A stretch of DNA of 10,950 nt from Leptospirales bacterium (GCA_040326155.1 JBEQLE010000105.1:1-10950); one strand, 5' to 3'; shown: positions 1-7,529, numbered from the stretch's first letter. The notes: a model not told the origin generated them from the sequence alone. Translations and numbers: made by a program.

Positions 1-169
1 CAGCTTCGGCTATTTTTTCTTCGGCAGTTAGTTTTAACTGGTCTGCATTTGCTTTTAACCGTTCGACTTCACTTTCAAGGTGACTGTTTTCAACGCGTAA
101 ATCGGATATTAAATCCAGCGCCTTTACAATCCGCCCTTCGAGTTGTTCCAATTGTTCCATTGTTATCAT
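1..169 (-). CDS. zapB: Cell division protein ZapB-like coiled-coil protein (5' part; runs off the left edge; not in the ORF track)
   Basis: Manual translation from ATG at 169: MITMEQLEQLEGRIVKALDLISDLRVENSHLESEVERLKANADQLKLTAEEKIAEA, open to the edge. It shows heptad coiled-coil periodicity and resembles the ZapB N-terminal pattern (LEQLExKIxxAxxxIxxLxxExxxL). A strong SD (GAGGAG, 176-181) lies 6 nt upstream. Confidence 0.65.
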   Translation of the reverse strand, partial: MITMEQLEQLEGRIVKALDLISDLRVENSHLESEVERLKANADQLKLTAEEKIAEA

Positions 170-175
170 ATTTTA

Positions 176-181
176 CTCCTC
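176..181 (-). promoter_or_regulatory. Shine-Dalgarno site of the zapB-like gene
   Basis: The minus strand reads GAGGAG-TAAAAT-ATG. Confidence 0.75.
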
Positions 182-201
182 TTTATTGACGCTATTTTTT
201 A

Positions 202-795
202 TTATCTACTATACCGGTTCAAGGGATTCTCAACCATTTGAGCATCCGTAGGGGGCTTATAGTTAAATAAGCTTGCTTTGACCCCTGCGCCCACAATTAT
301 ATCCGAAAAACTATAGGTAAACACATTATTTTTCGTTTTAAAACGAAGGTTTTTAATCATTTTAGAATCTGGAAGGATATCTACCGTGACTTCTTCAATA
401 TTGGCTCCGAGTTTTCGAAACACAAACCTGTTCTGAGTTCTAGTCATTTCGTAACTATTCAAAAAACCTACAATACCACCGCTTACGGAACCCGACCCCG
501 CTAAATCCTGTTTAGCACAAATTCTATTCGACGGACTATAGATCCATAAAAAAAATCCATTTGAAGCAATTACCCTGCCGTCGCTAAAAGCGATATGCAC
601 CTTTCCAGGGTACTGGTAATGTATTTTTCCCGAACGTACGACTCCGCTTCCGCTGGAATACGAAAAATTCGCAGAAAAACTGGAGTATAACCCACCAATT
701 TCTCCTTTTAATTCTCCGCTGCTTGCAAGAGATAACCCTGCTGCGCCAAGTAAAGCCAGTAGAAAGAACGATATTATATAGAGTTTCTTTTTCAC
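202..795 (-). CDS. lolA: Outer-membrane lipoprotein carrier protein, LolA family
   Basis: Sec signal peptide (KKK + hydrophobic stretch + SLA). LolA-like motifs SFSANF, GKIHYQYPGK, VIASNGFFLWIYSP and C-terminal LFNYKPPTDAQMV. I moved the start from GTG 804 to GTG 795, because GGGAG overlaps the 804 codon but sits 8 nt before 795. Confidence 0.75.
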   Translation of the reverse strand: MKKKLYIISFFLLALLGAAGLSLASSGELKGEIGGLYSSFSANFSYSSGSGVVRSGKIHYQYPGKVHIAFSDGRVIASNGFFLWIYSPSNRICAKQDLAGSGSVSGGIVGFLNSYEMTRTQNRFVFRKLGANIEEVTVDILPDSKMIKNLRFKTKNNVFTYSFSDIIVGAGVKASLFNYKPPTDAQMVENPLNRYSR

Positions 796-838
796 TTGTT
801 GCACTCCCTAATATTTTTATAAAGCGACAATGATTTTT

Positions 839-1825
839 TTATAAAAGAATCAAAGAAGTTAAGTCCAAAGCAAAGCCCCCGGCAGGTAAATCCATAGATG
901 AATATTTTGCCACTAGTCCATCATAGGCGCCGCCTCGTAAAGGCGCATTTGGAATCCCCTCCACATAACCTTCAAAAATAAAACCGGTGTAATAGTTCAC
1001 TTTTCGGGTCAACAAGGGGTCCCATCGTACCGGAACATTTTCATCGGCTAATTTCTTATATAGATCTTTTAATGGCATAGCCAGATCTAAAATCTTTTGT
1101 ACGGTTTTACTTTGTTCTCCTGTTAATTTCGATTGAAAATCTTCCATTGCCGCGAACCAATCATCCGTTTCGAGGGGAAAAAGAAGTAATCTGGCCAGTT
1201 CGCGCGCCTGATCTTTCTCATAACCAACCTCTACAAGTTCCGATATTAAACCGGGAACATCCCTTTTCATGGACAATTCTCGAACGGGTATGTTTTCCCA
1301 GTGGTTGTTTAAAAATTCTGAAATTCTAATATCTCCAATTAAAATACAATGTTTTATTGCAAAAGACCCTTTTAAAACCTGATGTGCAAGTAAAATAAGT
1401 GAATCAATACATTCATTCGAGGGAGCGCCGATTACTTCCACACCTAACTGGTATACTTCGCGAGGGCTCGGATAACTCTTTCTTACATCACGAAAAACAG
1501 AAGATAAATAATAATATTTCGACTCACTGGTTTCACCAGGTTCCATTTCAAGCAGATTCGCAAACCCTTTAATAACTTGAACGGTGGCGTCGCTTCGTAA
1601 CCATAAATCGTCCCCACTCGTGTCTCGAAAACGAAAAGCGTCATAATTCTCATACGACTCAAATGTTTCTGGGTAATCGATAGAAGCCGGAGTTACACCG
1701 CGAAAACCCTCTTTTTTTAATAAATCCTGAATCTCCCTGGTTTTAATCTCCATTTTCTCTGTAGCATCGGTATCGAGAAAATTGAAACCATAAGGAGGTC
1801 TTTTTTTTCTATAAGTTTTTTCCAT
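839..1825 (-). CDS. hisZ: ATP phosphoribosyltransferase regulatory subunit (HisRS catalytic-core paralog)
   Basis: HisRS/HisZ motifs: PYG, FRFRDTSGDDLWLRSDAT, YYLSSVFR..REVYQLGVEVIG, YYTGFIFEGY, GGAYDGL..PAGGFALDL. It ends right after motif 3 with no anticodon-binding domain (328 aa). Start placed at ATG 1825, 1 nt after the upstream TAA; the 1885 start would overlap the aminotransferase by 59 nt. Confidence 0.8.
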   Translation of the reverse strand: MEKTYRKKRPPYGFNFLDTDATEKMEIKTREIQDLLKKEGFRGVTPASIDYPETFESYENYDAFRFRDTSGDDLWLRSDATVQVIKGFANLLEMEPGETSESKYYYLSSVFRDVRKSYPSPREVYQLGVEVIGAPSNECIDSLILLAHQVLKGSFAIKHCILIGDIRISEFLNNHWENIPVRELSMKRDVPGLISELVEVGYEKDQARELARLLLFPLETDDWFAAMEDFQSKLTGEQSKTVQKILDLAMPLKDLYKKLADENVPVRWDPLLTRKVNYYTGFIFEGYVEGIPNAPLRGGAYDGLVAKYSSMDLPAGGFALDLTSLILL

Positions 1826-1826
1826 A

Positions 1827-2957
1827 TTAGTACATAACCTTTTGAGCTGCGTTAATTCCAGATCCTGGTTGAAACAAATAGCCAAGCTCTTTTAAAACAG
1901 CTTCCAAAGTTCCAAAAAAAACAAGAATATCCGTTCGGTCAATATATCCAAGCGTGCCCACGCGAAAAATGTTTCCTTTCAGTTCACCCTGCCCGCCGGC
2001 AATGGTTACACCGTATTCGTCTTTCATTTTCTTTACGAGCAACACGCCGTCAACTCCGGTGGGAACCTGAACGGCGCAAACCGATATGGAAGAATTTCGA
2101 CTGAAAATTTCAAGCCCGAGAGCCTTAATGCCCGCCTGAACAGCAAGCGCCAATTTTCTGTTTTTTTCGTATAAATTATTCCAGCCATACTCTTGCATCA
2201 TTTCAAGAGCTACTTTTAGCCCATTTATTAATGAAATTGCCGGGGTCCACGCCGTTGTATTCTTTTTAAGTGCTTTTAACTCTTCTTGAATATTAAAATA
2301 AAATTTTGGTAAATTCGATTTTTCCGATCTTGCCCATGCTCTTTTGGAACACCATAAAAAAGAGAGACCGGGGGGCAACATAAGAGACTTCTGGGAACCG
2401 CCAATGACAGCGTCTATTCCCCACTCTTCACATGGAACAGAGACTACACCGAGAGCTGTAATCGCATCTACAATCAATAAAGCGTCTGTCTTTTTTACAA
2501 TTTTCGAAATCTCTTCAATATTATTCATCGTTCCCGTCGAAGTTTCACTATATTCAATAAGTACAGATTTTATATTAACATCTGCGGTTAAACGCTCTTG
2601 AATCGCTTTGGGTTCGACAGCGTCTCCATAGGGAATATCGATATATTGAACATCTAATCCATATGCTTCGGCAATAGCTCCCAGTCGTTCCGAGAATTTA
2701 CCGTTTCGAACAACCAGTACACTCTCTTTTTGAGAGTGAAGGTTCACAATCGCAGCTTCCATCGCGCCTGTTCCAGAACTGGCAAATGTTAACACCGGGC
2801 CTTTGGTTTGAAACAGCTCTTGCAATAATTCTTGAACTCTGGCAATCGTATGCTCAAACTCTTCAGTACGATGATGGATAATCGGTTTTGCCATCTCCAG
2901 TAACACTTCAGAGGGAACCTGAACAGGTCCGGGGGCCAGTAAATATTTTTTATTCAT
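1827..2957 (-). CDS. Class V PLP-dependent aminotransferase (alanine/serine-glyoxylate, serine-pyruvate family; possibly phosphoserine aminotransferase)
   Basis: LLAPGPVQVP, HHRT, SSGTGAMEA, NGKFSER, SETSTG, IVDAIT, GGSQKSLMLPPGL (PLP lysine K190), IAGGQ..FRVGTLG. 376 aa. Confidence 0.92.
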   Translation of the reverse strand: MNKKYLLAPGPVQVPSEVLLEMAKPIIHHRTEEFEHTIARVQELLQELFQTKGPVLTFASSGTGAMEAAIVNLHSQKESVLVVRNGKFSERLGAIAEAYGLDVQYIDIPYGDAVEPKAIQERLTADVNIKSVLIEYSETSTGTMNNIEEISKIVKKTDALLIVDAITALGVVSVPCEEWGIDAVIGGSQKSLMLPPGLSFLWCSKRAWARSEKSNLPKFYFNIQEELKALKKNTTAWTPAISLINGLKVALEMMQEYGWNNLYEKNRKLALAVQAGIKALGLEIFSRNSSISVCAVQVPTGVDGVLLVKKMKDEYGVTIAGGQGELKGNIFRVGTLGYIDRTDILVFFGTLEAVLKELGYLFQPGSGINAAQKVMY

Positions 2958-2986
2958 AACAATTTATCTTTTCGTTAACTCAGAAC

Positions 2987-5128
2987 TTACTGTAACCGAG
3001 ATACGTCCATTAGTTTTTTTACGTTTGAGACCATTTTATGTAACAGGGATAGGCGGTTGTTGCGGACCGTAGTATCTTCGTCCATAACCATTACCTTATC
3101 GAAAAAAATATCGACATCACCCTTCATGGCTGCCAGATACTGGAAGATCGCTTCATACTGTTCGGTGGTTTTTTCCCCACCGTCGAGATTTGCAGCAAGT
3201 TTTCTGGATAATTCTTCACTACACTCGTACAGTTTTTTCTCCTCCTCTGTTTTAAACAAGGCGGAATTGATATTACCAGATCTAATTTCGTCCATTTCGC
3301 CCTTTTGGGCTTCCGAGGCATCTTTATTTTTTGTAAAATAATCGTTTACTATATTATTCATTCGCCGAAACGCAACCATCAACAGGTTGAAATTCTCATC
3401 TTCTTTTAGATGACGAAGTGCGCTCATTTTCATATAAATATCGTATAGATCGTCAGACTCGGTTTGTATGCCCGCTTGTATGAGCTTCTTGTCGAAACCT
3501 TCTTTTTCAAAAATAGTTGCAATTCTGCCACATACGAAATCCCAGACAGGGGCAGCAAATTCTTCTTTACCGGTGTCGTAAATTTTTAAGAGTTCTTGCA
3601 GCCAGCTTCGAAACGAGAGGTGAATCTTATTTTGAATAAATATTTCTATTAAATATAGAGTCTGGCGACGAAGACCGAGAGGGTCTTGTGTTGCTTTGGG
3701 AGCTTTCCCACATATAAAACCCGATACAAGATTATCGATTTTCTCAGCTATAGAAAAAACGATACCCAGTTCACTTTCAGGATAATCGTCGTCCTGGTTT
3801 TTCGGTAAATAGTGTTCCCGAATAGCGTTCACCACAAGTTCGTCTTCGCCATCGAGCCTGGCATAGATCGCCCCAATTTCACCTTGTAGGTGATCAAATT
3901 CGTAAACCAGAAGTGTCGTAAGGTCAACTTTTGCCAAATCACCGGCTCTGGTTATAATGTTCTCTTTCAGGTTTTTTCCAAAACCCGAAAAAGCTATAAA
4001 AGTAGAAGCAATCGCTTTTAACCGTTCTTTCTTATCGGTCATGGTTCCCATTTTCTGTTGAAATACAATTCCGTCTAAATCTTTTACTCTATCGCCCAAA
4101 GAAGTTTTTCGATCTTCGTGAAAAAAGTAGGCTCCGTCACTGAGTCTTGCGCGTAAAACTCGTTCGTTCCCCAGACCGATATTTTTATCAGCATCTTTCT
4201 GGCGTTCTCCATTCACGACGACTAGAAATTCGTTGCTTAAAGAGCCGTTACTTTCTCGTAAAGCAAAATATCGCTGGTGCTCTTCCATCTCTGAAAGTAT
4301 TAAAATATCTGGTAACTCCAGAATCTCTTCTTCAAATTTACATTGAATTACATGAGGGTTTTCAACTAAAAAGTTTACTTCTTTTAATAAGGATGAAGAT
4401 ATAATGGGAGTTTTGGAACCTGCGTTCTTTTTCAAGAGCTTGACTATTTGCTCTTCGCGAACCGTAGGGTCAACCAGTACTCCCGCATCTTTCATCGTGT
4501 TTATATAATCTCCCGCATTAGTAAGAGGCAGAGAATTATTTTCTGTATAAAAAAGGCCCGTCAAGCTATCAGATGCGGGAATAATATCCCAGATTCCACC
4601 TGAAAAATTGGTTTTTTTATTACCATACTGAGAATAATAAGACAAAATAGGTCGAGCATAACGCAGCTCAAGGTTACCCCAACGCATAGTTTTTGGAAAC
4701 TTTTGTTCCTGAATCAGTTTTTCAAAAATTCCGGGTAGTATATTTTCTACTGGCTCTCCGCCCTCCTCGATTTCAACGGTAGCGTACTCTTTACCACCTT
4801 GTTCTTCAAAACCAACAGCGTCGACCTCTACACCGGCTTTTTGGGAAAACCCCTTTAAAGCTGGGCTGGCAGAACCATCTTTAAAACAAATGGCTTTCGG
4901 GGGGCCTTTTAACTTGTTTTTTTTAGTAGACTGCTTTTCTTCGAGTGAATCGATTAAAACAAAAATTCTGCGTGGTGTAGCGCCTACTTGAATCTTCTTA
5001 TATGTTAATAAATATTCATCGGCTAACCCTGCGACTTTTTCTTCCCAATCTTCCACAGCTTGAATTTGGTAAAAAGCGGGAATTTCTTCTGTATATAACT
5101 CGAATAAGTAGGAATCTGAATTGGCCAT
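2987..5128 (-). CDS. glyS: Glycine--tRNA ligase beta subunit
   Basis: LFELYTEEIPA, TPRR, KGPP, FPKTMRWG..YARPI, LVENP, HQRYF, GNERVLRARLSDGAYFFHED, KVDL..EFDHLQG, EHYLP, DPLGLRR, FFDKVMVMDED..RNNRL. 713 aa. TAAGGA lies upstream. Confidence 0.96.
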   Translation of the reverse strand: MANSDSYLFELYTEEIPAFYQIQAVEDWEEKVAGLADEYLLTYKKIQVGATPRRIFVLIDSLEEKQSTKKNKLKGPPKAICFKDGSASPALKGFSQKAGVEVDAVGFEEQGGKEYATVEIEEGGEPVENILPGIFEKLIQEQKFPKTMRWGNLELRYARPILSYYSQYGNKKTNFSGGIWDIIPASDSLTGLFYTENNSLPLTNAGDYINTMKDAGVLVDPTVREEQIVKLLKKNAGSKTPIISSSLLKEVNFLVENPHVIQCKFEEEILELPDILILSEMEEHQRYFALRESNGSLSNEFLVVVNGERQKDADKNIGLGNERVLRARLSDGAYFFHEDRKTSLGDRVKDLDGIVFQQKMGTMTDKKERLKAIASTFIAFSGFGKNLKENIITRAGDLAKVDLTTLLVYEFDHLQGEIGAIYARLDGEDELVVNAIREHYLPKNQDDDYPESELGIVFSIAEKIDNLVSGFICGKAPKATQDPLGLRRQTLYLIEIFIQNKIHLSFRSWLQELLKIYDTGKEEFAAPVWDFVCGRIATIFEKEGFDKKLIQAGIQTESDDLYDIYMKMSALRHLKEDENFNLLMVAFRRMNNIVNDYFTKNKDASEAQKGEMDEIRSGNINSALFKTEEEKKLYECSEELSRKLAANLDGGEKTTEQYEAIFQYLAAMKGDVDIFFDKVMVMDEDTTVRNNRLSLLHKMVSNVKKLMDVSRLQ

Positions 5129-5224
5129 ACATCCTTATTCGAAACTTGAAATATTCTGAAAAGAATTAATGCAAAAGTAAGAACAAACGTGCAATATAAG
5201 TTTCCTTTTAATTCTCTTTAACTC

Positions 5225-5854
5225 TCATTCATTCTCTTTATGTTTGGAAAAAAAGATATAGTCCCAAAAACTATTACTAACTCCGTAGTTCAGATGGGGC
5301 GCGGTAAAATGATGAACATTATGGTGTTTTCGTAATTTTTTAAACCACGGCATTGTAAAATCATGAAAATGAGTGGCATAATGCAAATAATCATAAATAA
5401 GATAAGCACAAACAAAACCAGCAAAAAATGGCATATGGATACTTGCTAAAACGGATCGAAACAGTAAATAAAATCCAGTTGCCAATGGAATACTCACCAG
5501 AGGGGGCATTACCAGACGAGTTGTGTCATTTGGAAAATCGTGATGTATTCCATGTGAATAAAAATAGAACCATTTTAAATAATTACCTGAAAACGGGGGA
5601 TGAAATAAAAATCGATGAATAATATACTCGCAAAAGGTCCAAAAAAGCATTGCAATACCCAAAAGAAGTAAAAACTTTAGTACAGAAGTATCGTACCAGG
5701 CAAAAGAGCCATAAATGGAAACGATTATGACAGGAATATAGATGATAAATGGAGTAGATGGATGCACATGCGTAAACCATTCTAACACCGAAGATTTGAA
5801 CAAGCGCTGTGACTCTAATTGCACCTGCCCTTGCCCAGAGGTTTTTTTTGACAT
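5225..5854 (-). CDS. Fatty acid hydroxylase / sterol desaturase superfamily membrane di-iron enzyme, Scs7/FA2H-like (no cytochrome b5 domain)
   Basis: WTFCEYIIHRFLFH, HGIHHDFP.D..RLVMPP, YDYLHYATH, HHNVHHF, NYGVSNSFWD. Ten motif histidines and about four hydrophobic segments. SD AAGGA lies upstream of ATG 5854. Confidence 0.92.
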   Translation of the reverse strand: MSKKTSGQGQVQLESQRLFKSSVLEWFTHVHPSTPFIIYIPVIIVSIYGSFAWYDTSVLKFLLLLGIAMLFWTFCEYIIHRFLFHPPFSGNYLKWFYFYSHGIHHDFPNDTTRLVMPPLVSIPLATGFYLLFRSVLASIHMPFFAGFVCAYLIYDYLHYATHFHDFTMPWFKKLRKHHNVHHFTAPHLNYGVSNSFWDYIFFSKHKENE

Positions 5855-5888
5855 TCAAAATTCCTTTACATATACAAGCCAATTCGCT

Positions 5889-5916
5889 ATTTTATTAACT
5901 ATTTCAATTCAGTCCA
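5889..5916 (-). promoter_or_regulatory. Putative sigma70-type promoter for the hydroxylase-glyS run
   Basis: The minus strand reads TGGACT-N16-TAAAAT, 34 nt upstream of the ATG at 5854. The background is AT-rich, so a chance match is possible. Confidence 0.35.
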
Positions 5917-6077
5917 TTCGAGTATGTAAATTGCAATTTCAAATAATAAACGACTTGTCAATAGATTTATTGCTTTGTAGAGCCACCCAAAGAACACCTT
6001 TCTTATATACCATGTTCCCTACCATTAAATTTTAATTGACATATTAACGCCAAGATAGATTCCATTATTCTAACTGT

Positions 6078-7514
6078 ATGTCCGACCTAAAACAATTTGA
6101 ATTTAACGATGACACCATCACCTACTTTAAAGAGGCGGGTATAATACCCCTTCAATTTTATAATAAATCGGGGCAAGTCCTCATTCATAAAAAAGATAAT
6201 GCTGCTGAAAGTGAAGTTGATAACTTGATAAAATTCCAAAGCCAGGGAATTTACTATCATAAAGATGATGAGGATAAATTGCACCGGAAGTCGGCATCAC
6301 GTAGAATTCCAAATGGGTTATCCGATACACGTCTTTTAACCAAAGAAACTACGAAAGTATTAAGCGAAGACGTTAAATCTTCCTTTCAACAGATGCAACA
6401 ATCCAGCATTGACGGTTTAACCGCCAGAAAAATGAAAAATAATGTAAACGATGTTTTTGCAAAGTTTGAAAAACAACCCGATGCCATGATGGGACTCGTG
6501 AATATTCTCGAACTGATGGGTTCAGATTCTGAGATGACATATGATATGGAGATCGCTGTTAAAAGAACAGTCGTTGCAATGGCTCTAAAAACCCGGGGGG
6601 TTATCTACCAATCGGCTACGGGCCAGGCGGCAATGCAAGAAGACATGAATAACCTGTTGATGTCTGCCATGCTTTGTGACGTATCCTATTTAAAAATGAA
6701 GATTCCAACAGACACGTCTTTAACACCTGACCACAGAAATTATATTTCAAACCATCCTCTGATCTCCTATTTAATGCTCGCACATGAACCTGAAATAAGC
6801 AGGGAGGTTAAACGAAACGTGCTTTTGCACCACCGTCCTTTCCATGAAGATAAAGAAAATAATAATTATCCGCAGCACAATGTGTTACTGCAAAAACTTT
6901 CAAAGTTATACCAGGAATACTCGAAAGACAACTCAAAATTGCCAGTGGCAAGGTCGGTGGCCAATACCATTCAAGATTTACAAAATCGACCAGCCTATGA
7001 CGAAAATGCAAATATACTGGCTCTGGCCTCTGAGTTCGCTTCGTTAACAACAAAAACTGCCTGGCGCGAAGCCTTTGACCCCCTTACAGCGACAAAGTTA
7101 ATTATCAATAACTCCTATTTTACTTACCCCGGCAGAATTTTACGGGAATTTCTCGATAGCACTGCCATTAGTCTTTGTGATAACAAAAAGATCATCAACA
7201 ATGGTGACTTTCTAGTCTTAAGCGCCGAAAGCCTGCAAGGCAGCTCGCATATGGAAATAGTCAAGGTGTCGGAAATTGACCGCCACCAGAGTCGCCCCCA
7301 GGTACGTCGAATTGCATTCATATCGCCCAAAATCCAGAAAACTCCAAAACTTCGTCTCACCGGAATAGACACATCCAACATTACGCTCGACAAAAGAAAA
7401 GCTCACTATCACCTGGAAAATGATAACACGCGAAAAATTGTTTATTGTGTCGATGAGAAAATGGATGCCGAGTTGCACGAAAAACTCATGGAAATTTCAT
7501 CCGACGTAAAATAA
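6078..7514 (+). CDS. Degenerate HD-GYP-like protein (c-di-GMP phosphodiesterase fold, probably inactive)
   Basis: The HD-GYP motifs occur in order but altered: SAMLCDVSY (HD to CD), HPLISY, LLHHRP (HHE), NNYP (GYP), ILALASEFASLTTKTAWREA (IxAVADxFDAxTxxRPYRKA). A C-terminal GDFLVL..EIVKV..RPQVR segment is typical of many HD-GYP proteins. Confidence 0.7.
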   Translation: MSDLKQFEFNDDTITYFKEAGIIPLQFYNKSGQVLIHKKDNAAESEVDNLIKFQSQGIYYHKDDEDKLHRKSASRRIPNGLSDTRLLTKETTKVLSEDVKSSFQQMQQSSIDGLTARKMKNNVNDVFAKFEKQPDAMMGLVNILELMGSDSEMTYDMEIAVKRTVVAMALKTRGVIYQSATGQAAMQEDMNNLLMSAMLCDVSYLKMKIPTDTSLTPDHRNYISNHPLISYLMLAHEPEISREVKRNVLLHHRPFHEDKENNNYPQHNVLLQKLSKLYQEYSKDNSKLPVARSVANTIQDLQNRPAYDENANILALASEFASLTTKTAWREAFDPLTATKLIINNSYFTYPGRILREFLDSTAISLCDNKKIINNGDFLVLSAESLQGSSHMEIVKVSEIDRHQSRPQVRRIAFISPKIQKTPKLRLTGIDTSNITLDKRKAHYHLENDNTRKIVYCVDEKMDAELHEKLMEISSDVK

Positions 7515-7529
7515 AGCACGTCGTCTGCC

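Noticed and set aside
839..1825. Class II aaRS-like protein as the missing GlyQ, as HisRS or as EpmA
   Set aside because: Its motifs are HisRS/HisZ type, with no GlyQ signatures. It has no anticodon domain and lacks the motif 3 Arg.
1826..1885. Longer hisZ start at 1885
   Set aside because: It overlaps the aminotransferase by 59 nt. ATG 1825 gives the usual distance to the PxG motif.
5129..5224. T-box or glycine riboswitch upstream of glyS
   Set aside because: Only 96 AT-rich bp, with no T-box sequence or stable stems.
5211..5240. 10-bp direct repeat ATTCTCTTTA flanking the hydroxylase stop
   Set aside because: Only two AT-rich copies 20 bp apart with no element between them, so not a credible target-site duplication or array.
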